This document shows positions 30,122 to 39,520 of a DNA stretch of 64,000 nucleotides, in pieces; the first letter of the stretch is position 1; the number at the start of each line of letters is the position of its first letter. The position numbers and the translations under genes were made by a program. The stretch is taken from positions 18,040-82,039 of the forward strand of contig CAYVKM010000002.1 of assembly GCA_964452045.1 (NCBI GenBank). Direction: 5' to 3'. Below the pieces are notes generated by a model. The model was not told where the DNA came from. It did no database searches and saw nothing but the letters and a program-made list of their open reading frames with translations. This stretch comes from an uncultured Calditrichaceae bacterium. GTDB lineage: Bacteria; Calditrichota; Calditrichia; RBG-13-44-9.

Positions 30122-30760
30122 TTACTTTTCTAAACAGTTTTTTATTTTTTCAAAGGCAACCGCTCCCTCACGGATCAGTTCGATATACGGTTCCTTATCA
30201 CTTATCTTAATGATAGTGGAAGATATCTTATAAATTGTCTCACCGGCATCTAGAACCAAAGAGACCCGATCCAATATTTCCCGGCTAATTTCATTGATTG
30301 ATGGTGGGGATTTTTCACCGCTTAGATTGGCACTGGTTGTAATTAACGGAGTCCCGGTCAATGTAACCAGGGAAGTTGAAATTGAATGTTGCGGAAAGCG
30401 AAAACCGAGATGAGAGAATTGATTCCAAAAAGAAAACTCTAGTTTCCTTCTTCTCGGAACAAGGACGGTTACCGCATCTGGCAGTATTTGAGTCAGATAC
30501 CTTTCCAGCCATTCATCATCATTTCCACTCAGCTCAAGGATAGTCGTGACATTGTCTACCAAAATGGAAAAAGGCTGAGTAGTTTTCCGTCCCTTTATTT
30601 CCATCACCTTTTGAATTACCCGATCACTGGAATAATTACCTGCTAATCCATAGACTGTTTCTGTAGGATGAATAATCACCTTATTCTTCTTGAGCCGATC
30701 GGCTGCGATCTGGAGTGATTGAATCTCCGGTTCAAAGGGATCTATCTTCAGAACTTGCAC
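30122..30760 (-). CDS. tsaC: L-threonylcarbamoyladenylate synthase (TsaC/YrdC single-domain type)
   Basis: 212 aa; YrdC motif IHPTETVYGLAGN; no Sua5 C-terminal domain. Confidence 0.75.
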   Translation of the reverse strand: MQVLKIDPFEPEIQSLQIAADRLKKNKVIIHPTETVYGLAGNYSSDRVIQKVMEIKGRKTTQPFSILVDNVTTILELSGNDDEWLERYLTQILPDAVTVLVPRRRKLEFSFWNQFSHLGFRFPQHSISTSLVTLTGTPLITTSANLSGEKSPPSINEISREILDRVSLVLDAGETIYKISSTIIKISDKEPYIELIREGAVAFEKIKNCLEK

Positions 30761-31778
30761 TTATCATATCCATAGCTTTTTGAAATACCATTTCAGGAGT
30801 TATTTCCAGCATACAACGAAAGTGCTTCTGGGGGCACGAATGTCTTCCATGGTCCGTGCAGGGCCGGCAATACAAATTCTCTATCTGAATAATGTGGTCA
30901 TCATCCCCATAGGGATAAAACCCAAATTCCGGAATGGTTGATCCAAAAATGGTGAGGACTTTCGTCTTAATCGCAACTCCCAGATGGGTGGGTGCACTAT
31001 CATTGCTGATGAGTAACTGCGATCTGCGGATAATTTCCGCGGTCTGTCGTAAAGAGAACAAACCCATAGCGTTATAAAATAAAGGATTATTATGTTTATT
31101 TATTTCCGCATATAAATACTGATCCTGTTTTGATCCGATGAAAATGACACGATAACCTGACTCTGATATTTTTTCCCCCAATTTCCGAAAATAATCTGAA
31201 GGCCATCTTTTAGTAAACCAAACCGATCCGGAAGCCATGGCAATAATTTTATGCTGATTGAGGATTTTTTGCTCTTCAAACCATTGGTCAACCTTAGATT
31301 GGTCCTGTTCAGTAATATTTATTTCCGGTAACTCCTTGTGACCAATATTGATATTCAATGGTTCAACCAGTCTCAAATTTCTTTCTATCTCATGAAATTT
31401 TGAAAGATACTCCACTCTATTGGTGTATAAAACCCAACCAACACTGGATTTGAAACCAATTCTTACAGAAATACCGGACAGGAATCCAAGTAAAGCCGTA
31501 CGTAAGGAACGATGCGGGGTAATAACCATATCAAAGTTCGCTGATCTTATTTGCTTAATCAAACGCAGAAAAGCAATGAGCCCCTTTTCCTGGTTATGTT
31601 TATCATAAATCCAGAGTTTTGAAATATAGGGCAGCGTCTCAACGGTATTCTTTGATGCCGGAATAGTCAGAAAATGTATCTCTGCCTCAGGAAAATTCTG
31701 ACTAATAACCCTGATCAATGGAATCGAGAGAATTACATCCCCAATAAATGCCGTTTGAATAATCAATATCTTCTGCAA
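30732..31778 (-). CDS. Glycosyltransferase family 9 (ADP-heptose:LPS heptosyltransferase-like)
   Basis: 348 aa; GT9 N-terminal pattern KILIIQTAFIGDVILSIPLI and C-terminal nucleotide-sugar binding region. Confidence 0.7.
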   Translation of the reverse strand: MQKILIIQTAFIGDVILSIPLIRVISQNFPEAEIHFLTIPASKNTVETLPYISKLWIYDKHNQEKGLIAFLRLIKQIRSANFDMVITPHRSLRTALLGFLSGISVRIGFKSSVGWVLYTNRVEYLSKFHEIERNLRLVEPLNINIGHKELPEINITEQDQSKVDQWFEEQKILNQHKIIAMASGSVWFTKRWPSDYFRKLGEKISESGYRVIFIGSKQDQYLYAEINKHNNPLFYNAMGLFSLRQTAEIIRRSQLLISNDSAPTHLGVAIKTKVLTIFGSTIPEFGFYPYGDDDHIIQIENLYCRPCTDHGRHSCPQKHFRCMLEITPEMVFQKAMDMISASSEDRSL

Positions 31779-31820
31779 GATTCATCCGTTCTCGTCAAAT
31801 AACTATCAGAAAGGAGTTGG

Positions 31821-32204
31821 CTAATGTGCCCGTGAAAAATGTTCGTGGATAATCTTCCAGGTATTATTTTTCTTTTGGAAAACATGCGTGCCGCGGCCTG
31901 GAATCTCAACTCTTTTGTTTCCGCGCAACAGGGTTACCCGCCAGTAAAAACTGAGGATGGCAATTTCCTTGAGATCGGTGGCTACCGGATTCATGATCTC
32001 ATAGGTAACATTATCCGCTTCGGCCAAATAATATTCAAATGTCTTTTTGAGTTCAGCCTGCCCCTGGAACCGATCGTGTTCGGTGGAGGAGAAACCGGAA
32101 ATATTTTCAGAGAAATTACTGAGAAGCCTTTCCAGATCCTTCTGGTTAAATGCTTTTGCGCAAGCTTCTTCGATTGCAATCAATTCATTTAATAGATTCG
32201 GCAT
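31821..32204 (-). CDS. NTF2-like / SnoaL-like (DUF4440-type) small protein
   Basis: ~127 aa from MPNLL; cone-shaped alpha+beta fold signature (WKIIHEHFS C-terminus). Low specificity. Confidence 0.4.
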   Translation of the reverse strand: MPNLLNELIAIEEACAKAFNQKDLERLLSNFSENISGFSSTEHDRFQGQAELKKTFEYYLAEADNVTYEIMNPVATDLKEIAILSFYWRVTLLRGNKRVEIPGRGTHVFQKKNNTWKIIHEHFSRAH

Positions 32205-32304
32205 GGCATTTCCTCCATAATATGTGAGAAATAACATTCTAATTTAACTTAACTCTAAATCAGTCAGAAAAAATTACTAATTTTTTTTGAGAAAACAAAA
32301 TAAA

Positions 32305-32682
32305 TCAGGAAGGTCGGGTGAGATCAGAAACAATTTTAACCAGTTTCATAATATCAAACGGTTTTATCAGGTAGGCACTTACTCCCATCTTTTCAAGTTC
32401 GGCTTGCTGTGTGCTTTCTTCATACCCGGTGGTAATGATGACCGGGATTTCAGGTAACCTATCCAGTATTTTTTTACAGACAACTTTTCCATGTTCATCC
32501 GGAAGAGAGAGATCGAGGATAATTGCATCAAGAGTATCTAGATTCTGAGTGAAGACCTGATCCGCTTCTTCAGCATTAACCGCCTGTAAAATATTGAATC
32601 CATTCATATTTAATATTTTGTTCAGCAACCAAAGTAAATCGTGATCATCTTCGACAATTAAAATATTCTTTTTTTCTAACAT
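32305..32682 (-). CDS. Orphan single-domain response regulator (CheY-like)
   Basis: ILIVEDDHDLL; phospho-acceptor D in AIILDLSLPDEHG; T in VIITTGYEE; K in LIKPF. No output domain. Confidence 0.8.
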   Translation of the reverse strand: MLEKKNILIVEDDHDLLWLLNKILNMNGFNILQAVNAEEADQVFTQNLDTLDAIILDLSLPDEHGKVVCKKILDRLPEIPVIITTGYEESTQQAELEKMGVSAYLIKPFDIMKLVKIVSDLTRPS

Positions 32683-32878
32683 ACAGAATTTTAACAAGAT
32701 ATATGAATAAAATAATGTAACGATATTTATGACTTAAATCTAATAAAAAATAGAGAAAAATAAAAATTATTACCCTAAATCATAAATTTCAAAAATTTTG
32801 GTTCGATAATTTAAATGAGATCAATTGTTGTAACAGAATGTTGAACAGGTATAGATAATCTTTGTGGGAGGAATTCCC

Positions 32879-33073
32879 ATGGATCTACAGAAAATTCGAG
32901 AGGAGTACGATCAGAATTATCAAGAAATTATAGCCACAATTGATCGAATGGGAGGAGAGACAAAAATCAAATATCATCGTAAACGGCGAACTCCCCTTTA
33001 TCTCAAACTCAAAGAGCTGCAACGCCGGGAACACTATCTGGATCGATTAGAGTCCAAATTACAAACTCACTAA
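32879..33073 (+). CDS. Small (64 aa) basic coiled-coil hypothetical protein
   Basis: Strong RBS GGGAGGA 6 nt upstream of the ATG at 32879. Sequence MDLQKIREEYDQNYQEIIATIDRMGGETKIKYHRKRRTPLYLKLKELQRREHYLDRLESKLQTH. Confidence 0.4.
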   Translation: MDLQKIREEYDQNYQEIIATIDRMGGETKIKYHRKRRTPLYLKLKELQRREHYLDRLESKLQTH

Positions 33074-33130
33074 TCGAAATCTCATATCTTTGGTAACGTT
33101 TCAGAGTTTCAAAATCTTTATACGTTAACA

Positions 33131-33970
33131 TCATCTTGCCATTAGGAGGGGACAGGTCGATTTACGCATAGTCTGCACGGTTACACTTCCCAGAATGGCC
33201 TCGCGGATTCGAGAATGGCCGTATGAGCCCATAACAATCAGATTTGCTCCGGATTCTTTGGCCACTTCCACAATCTTATCCGAAGGCTCGCCCTCGACTA
33301 TCTTTTCCTCAATTTGTGGAATATCATAGGGATCAAGATATTCTCTGGCTTCTTCCAAATACCGTTTCCCCTCCTCTTTCGATTCATTTACATTCAGGCA
33401 AACCAAAGGAAGTTTCATTTCCGAAGCAAAGAAAGCGGCCAAATAAAGAGCTTTACTGGCATTTTCGCTGCCATCATAAGGAACCAGGATTTTTTTGATT
33501 TCTGAATATTCTTTCGGCGCGATAAATATGGGTTTAATAGATAATCTGGTGGTTGCTTCAAGTGTTGCGCCAAGCATTTTATCGCTCCATTTGGCAAATT
33601 CTCCCCGTGCACCCATAATTACCAGATCTACCAGCCGGGCTTTGTCGCAAATTACATCCACCGGATTGCCACTCTCTTTTTCCAAAGTATACTGAAGATT
33701 ATTTTTTTGGAGAATTTTTTCGGTTTTATTCAGTACCTCCCTGGCCTTTTCCTCCAGAAGCTTTTGTGATTCTTCCTGGTATCCTGAGGTAGGAATAATT
33801 GGGGCAAAGCCTTCCACACCAATTGCCACTGCCCACTCAAAAATTCGGATGTCAATAACCGATAAAACGCGAAGATGGGCATCAAATTTTTTTGTCAGAA
33901 AAATCCCATATTGCAATACCGGATCGGTAAATGCTGAACCATCCACAGCTAATAAAATGGATTTTACCAT
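33131..33970 (-). CDS. Universal stress protein, tandem UspA domains
   Basis: Two UspA-like halves (ILLAVDGSAF...; ILVPYDGSENASKAL...GSVT) with the ATP-binding G-x2-G-x9-G(S/T) pattern. Confidence 0.8.
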   Translation of the reverse strand: MVKSILLAVDGSAFTDPVLQYGIFLTKKFDAHLRVLSVIDIRIFEWAVAIGVEGFAPIIPTSGYQEESQKLLEEKAREVLNKTEKILQKNNLQYTLEKESGNPVDVICDKARLVDLVIMGARGEFAKWSDKMLGATLEATTRLSIKPIFIAPKEYSEIKKILVPYDGSENASKALYLAAFFASEMKLPLVCLNVNESKEEGKRYLEEAREYLDPYDIPQIEEKIVEGEPSDKIVEVAKESGANLIVMGSYGHSRIREAILGSVTVQTMRKSTCPLLMAR

Positions 33971-34070
33971 ATTTTCCTCTGATCAATTATGTGCAATAAT
34001 ATTATAAGTAACAAATTAATTTGACACAATAGCTGAATGCATTACCGCTTAAATTTAAACGATTTTTTCG

Positions 34071-36290
34071 TTATTCAACAGCAATGATTTCGGAAGCTCT
34101 GGAAATAATCCTGCCAATAATCTTGGAATCCTGGACACTTTTCTCATTCAAAATTTGTAGAAGTTTTTCAGCTTTATTTTTAGCCACTGATATTAACAGT
34201 CCTCCCGAAGTCTGGGCATCATTTAACATCAACTGTCTGCTTTCTGAAATAACCGAAGCATAAGATACATAACTTTTTGTGAATAGATAATTATCCCTTG
34301 TTCCACCGGGAATGATATTAGCTGCCGCAAAGGCATCCACCTGAGGTAAAAAGGGCACATTTTTATTATCAATAAGTGCCGAGGTGCCGGAACCATTCAT
34401 CATTTCCAGAAGGTGGCCGATGAGGCCAAATCCAGTGATATCCGTACAAGCATGCACTTCAATTTCGCTCATTGCTTCGGCCGCTTTCTTATTCAGCAAA
34501 GCCATAGTATCTATGAGAAGTTGAGATAAATCATCTTCCAGTAGTCCTTGCTTCAGGGCGGTTGAAAGGATCCCGGTTCCAAGCGGTTTGGTCAGAATCA
34601 GAACATCACCATTCCGGGCAGTATTGTTCTTCAGGATTTTTTGGTTGCTCACCAATCCAGTGACAGCCAGACCAAACTTGGGTTCGGTATCATCTACTGT
34701 ATGGCCGCCAATAATCGAAATCCCCGCTTCTTCAGCTTTGGATTGCGCTCCTCTCAAAATATCCTCCAGCACGGTGAGGGGTAACCGATTACTGGGAAAA
34801 CCGACTATATTTAAAGCAAAAAGTGGTCTGCCACCCATGGCATAGATATCACTCAGGGAATTTGCTGCAGCAATTGCCCCAAAATAAAACGGATCATCAA
34901 CGATGGGAGTAAAGAAGTCGACTGTTTGGACAATCGCTTCCTTTTCGCTTATCTTGTAAACAGCAGCATCATCTGAGGTCTCAATACCCACTAAAATGTT
35001 CTTGTCCTTCGGTACGGGCAATTTTTTAATCACCTCTTCAAGCAGCTGAGGACGAAGTTTACATGCGCATCCGAGACCATGAGTATACTGGGTTAATTTT
35101 ATTTCTTCTCCTTCCCTAGCGAGAAATATTTTCGGCTTTTCGCCACTCAACCGTTTCACTACCGTGGAAATCTCGTCTGAAGCCCGATCAATCTCTTCCA
35201 TCGTGGTAAATTTGCCGACTGATAAACGAATCGTTCCCATCGCATATTCTAGCGGAATCTTCATCGCTGTAAGAACATGGGACACATCTACCCGATCTGA
35301 GTGACATGCTGCTCCCGCGGATGCGGCAATCGAATTTAATTCCGAAAGAATGGTATTTGCTTCAATACTGGGGAAACTAATACTTAATGTGTTTGGCAAT
35401 CTTTTTTCCGGATGACCATTTACTTTTGCATCTGCAAATTCATCCAAAAGTTTTTTTTCCAGACGGTCCCTGAGTTTTTTAAGATGGCGTTGGTCTTTAT
35501 CAAGACTTTTTTGAATCAACTCACAGGCTTTACCCAGCCCGGCAATTTCGATGACATTCTCAGTACCGGCACGCCGGTTCATTTCGTGATTCGCCCCGTG
35601 GATGAGTTTTTCCAGCTTTACACCGGATTTTACAAAGAGTACCCCTACCCCCTTCGGTCCGTAAAGTTTATGTCCGGCGACGGATAGCAAATCGACTCCT
35701 AGTGCAGGCACGCTTACCGGGATTTTCCCAACCGACTGAGCACAATCCGAATGGAAAAGTATGCCCTCTCGATGGGCAATTTCAGCCATTTCTCTGATCG
35801 GTTGGATTGTGCCAACTTCGTTGTTTGCATGCATTATCGAGATAAGTATGGTACCGGGTGTAATGGCGGATTCAACATCTTTAGGATCTACAATTCCGAA
35901 TTCATCAACCGGCAAGTAGGTAACTTTATATCCCTCTGTTTCCAAATATTGGCAGACCTCAGTAACAGCCGGATGCTCAATCTGGCTGGTAATAATATGA
36001 TTACCTTTTTCCCGGTAAGCCCGGGCTACTCCCTTTAAGGCATAATTGTTGGATTCCGAACCGCCACTGGTAAAGATGATCTCATCGATGTTACATTGGA
36101 GTAAATTTGCTATTTGTTTTCGGGCATTTTCCACCGCCTTTTTCGCAGCCAAACCATAGGCGTGTATGCTAGAAGGATTTCCAAAATTTTTCAGAATAAA
36201 AGGAAGCATGGTTTCCGACACTGCCGGCTCAATCGGAGTTGTAGCGTTATAATCCAGGTAAATTGGCTCCATTTCAAGCAATCCTGTCAA
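34071..36290 (-). CDS. selD: Fusion protein: class-V aminotransferase cysteine desulfurase/selenocysteine lyase (NifS-like) plus selenophosphate synthetase SelD (Cys-type)
   Basis: N-terminal ~385 aa carry the PLP-lysine region SVAGHKLYGPKG and the active-site Cys SAGAACHS. C-terminal ~350 aa carry SelD motifs: LTQYTHGLGCACKL aligns to E. coli LTQYSHGAGCGCKI, and the AIR-synthase-like fold follows. The catalytic position is Cys, not an in-frame TGA. Confidence 0.8.
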   Translation of the reverse strand: MTGLLEMEPIYLDYNATTPIEPAVSETMLPFILKNFGNPSSIHAYGLAAKKAVENARKQIANLLQCNIDEIIFTSGGSESNNYALKGVARAYREKGNHIITSQIEHPAVTEVCQYLETEGYKVTYLPVDEFGIVDPKDVESAITPGTILISIMHANNEVGTIQPIREMAEIAHREGILFHSDCAQSVGKIPVSVPALGVDLLSVAGHKLYGPKGVGVLFVKSGVKLEKLIHGANHEMNRRAGTENVIEIAGLGKACELIQKSLDKDQRHLKKLRDRLEKKLLDEFADAKVNGHPEKRLPNTLSISFPSIEANTILSELNSIAASAGAACHSDRVDVSHVLTAMKIPLEYAMGTIRLSVGKFTTMEEIDRASDEISTVVKRLSGEKPKIFLAREGEEIKLTQYTHGLGCACKLRPQLLEEVIKKLPVPKDKNILVGIETSDDAAVYKISEKEAIVQTVDFFTPIVDDPFYFGAIAAANSLSDIYAMGGRPLFALNIVGFPSNRLPLTVLEDILRGAQSKAEEAGISIIGGHTVDDTEPKFGLAVTGLVSNQKILKNNTARNGDVLILTKPLGTGILSTALKQGLLEDDLSQLLIDTMALLNKKAAEAMSEIEVHACTDITGFGLIGHLLEMMNGSGTSALIDNKNVPFLPQVDAFAAANIIPGGTRDNYLFTKSYVSYASVISESRQLMLNDAQTSGGLLISVAKNKAEKLLQILNEKSVQDSKIIGRIISRASEIIAVE

Positions 36291-36397
36291 TATTACAGAT
36301 ATAATATTAAAATATTAAATAGTTAAAAATCAGCCTAAATCTAATTATAACAAAAGAAATTCTGCTTCTGGTATTCCTTTAACTTGGGGAGAACTGG

Positions 36398-37588
36398 TTA
36401 AGATTCATTGTGACGGGATTTTCGGGATATGGAAAATCTCGGTTCTACTTTAATGATCACTTTTTTAATTTCCGGTACTTCTTGCATCAGAAATTGCTGA
36501 CAATTTTCAATCAATTTTCCCTCCGATATATTTTTAATATTCAAATCGGATACGATATCAAACATAACCCTTAAATTTTTCTCCCTGCCATAAATTCTAA
36601 GGTCATGAAAAGAATGGCATTCCCGGGTGGAATGGCAAAATTCCTTCAACTTTTTTTCAATTTCAAGATAAGCAGGGGTCCTGGGCATTACCGGGTCATA
36701 ATGAACCGTTACATAAGCATTCAATTCCTGCCGTAATGTTTTATCCACATTTTCGGCTATCTGATGAGCTTTAACGAATGATAAATTTTCCTCTATTTCA
36801 ATATGAAGGGTAATAATTCGCATTTCCCCGTAATTATGTACAATAATATCATGAATGCCCTTTACCCCTGGGAATCGAAGGGTAATTTCTTCAATTTTAT
36901 CCAGAATTTTCTCATCCGGCGAAACACCAAGCAAATTATCAATGGGTCCTTTTGCGATTCCATAAGCGGAATACAGAATTATTAAGGTAATCACAATTCC
37001 TGCCGGGCCGTCTAAATTTGGAAAATTAAAATGCGAGAAGACAAAAGCGATCACCACAAACAGGGATGAAATTGCATCCAGATGGTGATGCCAAGCATCG
37101 GCTTTCAGAGCAGGAGAATTTATTCTTTTTGCCAGTGACCGGGAATAGAATGCTAATCCTTCTTTTAATAGAACAGTAACCAGAATAATGCCAATAACCC
37201 ACCAGGCGGCCAGAAATGGTTTGGGATGCAAAATTCTATCGATACTCGATTTTAATAGTTCAAATGAAGTGATCGCCAGAATGGTAGACATGATAATGGC
37301 TGAAATAAATTCAGCTCGCCCATGTCCGAAAGGATGTTCTTTATCGGAGGGTTTAGCCACCACATAAAACGAAACAAGCACTATAATACTTGTTCCCATA
37401 TCACTTAAAGTATGAAAGGCGTCGGCAATCAGGGATAAACTGCCGGTAATTAATCCCAATACTCCTTTAATGATGAACAAGACAAAATTAAGCAGAATAC
37501 TCGCCCAGGCGCCAAGTTTCCCATAACCTGTCCTGGTTGAGATATGAAACTTTCTCCTTACAGACCCTGTGACTTGAGCTTTTTCCAA
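36398..37588 (-). CDS. Cation diffusion facilitator (CDF) family metal efflux transporter with C-terminal extension
   Basis: 6-TM CDF core (HTLSDMGTSIIV, DAWHHHLDAISS) plus a cytoplasmic domain and ~60 extra C-terminal residues. Confidence 0.8.
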   Translation of the reverse strand: MEKAQVTGSVRRKFHISTRTGYGKLGAWASILLNFVLFIIKGVLGLITGSLSLIADAFHTLSDMGTSIIVLVSFYVVAKPSDKEHPFGHGRAEFISAIIMSTILAITSFELLKSSIDRILHPKPFLAAWWVIGIILVTVLLKEGLAFYSRSLAKRINSPALKADAWHHHLDAISSLFVVIAFVFSHFNFPNLDGPAGIVITLIILYSAYGIAKGPIDNLLGVSPDEKILDKIEEITLRFPGVKGIHDIIVHNYGEMRIITLHIEIEENLSFVKAHQIAENVDKTLRQELNAYVTVHYDPVMPRTPAYLEIEKKLKEFCHSTRECHSFHDLRIYGREKNLRVMFDIVSDLNIKNISEGKLIENCQQFLMQEVPEIKKVIIKVEPRFSISRKSRHNES

Positions 37589-37699
37589 AAGCGATTCACC
37601 AGCATTCTATAAATTCATTTCAGCTAATTTGGAGTAAAGCTGTATCAAACCAAATCAAAAAATAATTTACATGAACCAATGATTGTTTGACATCAGACA

Positions 37700-37807
37700 T
37701 TAAGATTTGCTCTTCTTACTCCGGGTAGCGTTTCTTTCCGCTTTTTTGCGTTTAATATAACGATTCCTTTTTTTTCTTTTTTCACGCGAATTATACTGTT
37801 TTCCCAT
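37700..37807 (-). CDS. Possible very small, highly basic protein (35 aa; MGKQYNSREKRKKRNRYIKRKKAERNATRSKKSKS)
   Basis: ATG at 37807. Not in the ORF track (<60 aa). About 50% Lys/Arg. Sits in a 258-bp intergenic gap. No RBS verified. Confidence 0.2.
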   Translation of the reverse strand: MGKQYNSREKRKKRNRYIKRKKAERNATRSKKSKS

Positions 37808-37846
37808 GTAATCCTCAGTTGTTTAATTATTTGACTGCTTCTTTAA

Positions 37847-38434
37847 TTATTCTGTCCGATTATTTTCAACCAAACGAAAAAACTCATCTACCGTTTTTAC
37901 CCGTGGCCCCTCCCAATCACGATTCCAGGGTTGATCAAAACATACCGCTAACCGACCGGTTGACTGGAACTCAATCAGATTATCAATAAAATCATCCAAC
38001 AATGCATACCCATCGATTTCAGATTTATAATATGTCACATGCACTTCGTTTGTGGGAATGTTATTTTTTCCAATCCACAAGTAAGTTGCTGCCCGGCTAA
38101 AATCCGGTTGCGATGTTACTACGACAATTTCAAATTTTTCTTTCCACTTTTCGAGCGTTTCCAGGGCACCGGGATAGGCATCTGCATCTGCCATTATTTT
38201 TTCGATCTGCTCTGATTTAACAAATTTATATATCTGATCTCCGATCGGGAAAAAATCCTCCAGTCTGCGCGAAACAATAGGTAGTACATCATGATCGGGA
38301 TAATGAAATTTATAAACCTTTGTCAAACTCCCGACAAAATCCCGGACTACCCCATCCAGGTCAATTAATACTCTGGTTCGCTCCACCCGAACAGGTTTCT
38401 GATCGAATACATCTTTTGTACTCTTTCCACTCAC
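37847..38434 (-). CDS. HAD-superfamily 5'(3')-deoxyribonucleotidase (NT5C family)
   Basis: HAD motif I LIDLDGVV and the NT5C-like arrangement; 195 aa. Confidence 0.55.
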   Translation of the reverse strand: MSGKSTKDVFDQKPVRVERTRVLIDLDGVVRDFVGSLTKVYKFHYPDHDVLPIVSRRLEDFFPIGDQIYKFVKSEQIEKIMADADAYPGALETLEKWKEKFEIVVVTSQPDFSRAATYLWIGKNNIPTNEVHVTYYKSEIDGYALLDDFIDNLIEFQSTGRLAVCFDQPWNRDWEGPRVKTVDEFFRLVENNRTE

Positions 38435-39240
38435 TTGATATAATCCACTACCGATTCAGCATTGTCCACGCCAATTACATTCCCGTTCATCCACTGGCAG
38501 TCATCTGTGGCAAATACCGCAATAGCATTGGCCACATCTTCCGGTGTGGTAAGACGTCGTCCCGGATTTCTTTCCACCGCTGCATGAACCATTCTTTCAT
38601 GTTCCGGAATTTTCTGCAAGGCAGGAGTATTTGTTACTCCTCCTCGGATAGCATTTGCTGTGACACCAATATGTGCCAACTCCATAGCCAGCTGGCGAAT
38701 GTGAGACTCGAGGGAAGACTTGGCAGCAGAAATAGCGCCATAATAAGGAACCACATGGGTGCTACCGTAACTGGTCATAGCGAAAACCCGGGAACCAAAG
38801 CCCAGCAGATCGGCCCAGTATAATTCCTGCACCCAATAAACCAGGCTATGAGCCATCACATCCAGGGTCATATCCATATTGCTCTGGTTAATCACCCGAT
38901 CCCGGTCCGCTCCGACAAATGGTTTGAGTGTACCAAAAGCAAGGCTATGCAGGAAAACCCGGATATATTCACCTTTCGGAATAATTTCCCGAATTTTATT
39001 TACTATTTCTAACCGACGGTCCTTATCGGCCGCATTCACATTATAGAACAATGGTTCCTTTCCATAATGCCGGATTTCACTGATCAATTCCTTCACTCTA
39101 TGCAAAGTAGCCTTTCGATCCAAGTGAACCCCAAATATTTGATAACCTTCTTTCGCCAGACGTAATGCCGTAGCTGCCCCAAAACCACTGGATGCTCCCA
39201 GGATTAAGGCATATTTTGAATCTTTACTTTTGGGTGACAT
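38431..39240 (-). CDS. SDR-family oxidoreductase, enoyl-ACP reductase-like (FabI/FabL-type Y-x6-K)
   Basis: N-terminal LILGASSGFGAATA dinucleotide fold; catalytic YGAISAAK (Y-x6-K). 4-nt overlap with the downstream gene. Confidence 0.45.
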   Translation of the reverse strand: MSPKSKDSKYALILGASSGFGAATALRLAKEGYQIFGVHLDRKATLHRVKELISEIRHYGKEPLFYNVNAADKDRRLEIVNKIREIIPKGEYIRVFLHSLAFGTLKPFVGADRDRVINQSNMDMTLDVMAHSLVYWVQELYWADLLGFGSRVFAMTSYGSTHVVPYYGAISAAKSSLESHIRQLAMELAHIGVTANAIRGGVTNTPALQKIPEHERMVHAAVERNPGRRLTTPEDVANAIAVFATDDCQWMNGNVIGVDNAESVVDYIK

Positions 39241-39520
39241 GGAATCCTCATCTATTTGTTACACTTTATGGTCAATCAATTTATATCTTTTTAAAATCCT
39301 TAAAATTTGCGAGGCTAAATTTAGTTTTCAAAGGAGAGAATGTCAAGCCACTTTCCCGCCAGTCAATCAGACAAACAAACTGTTCAAGTAATTATTGCTT
39401 TTAATTTCGGAAGCGCGTACTCCTCGAAATAAGCAATCAGCTGACTATTTGCGATATCCGATTCAATAACGTCATCAAATGACCTGATGATTAACAATCA
39501 ATAAGGATGATCATTAAAAT

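Noticed and set aside
34071-36290. SelD being a selenoprotein (in-frame TGA read-through)
   Set aside because: The reading frame is continuous with Cys codons at the catalytic loop (GLGCACK), and no in-frame TGA is needed. This is a Cys-type SelD.
39192-39404. 70-aa plus-strand ORF in the gap upstream of the SDR gene, and other short ORFs in the track (for example 1004-1198, 3593-3937, 21026-21433, 53286-54065 series, 60686-61279)
   Set aside because: Most lie antisense or out of frame inside well-supported longer genes, have no RBS, and have low-complexity or Ser/Arg-rich composition typical of shadow ORFs.
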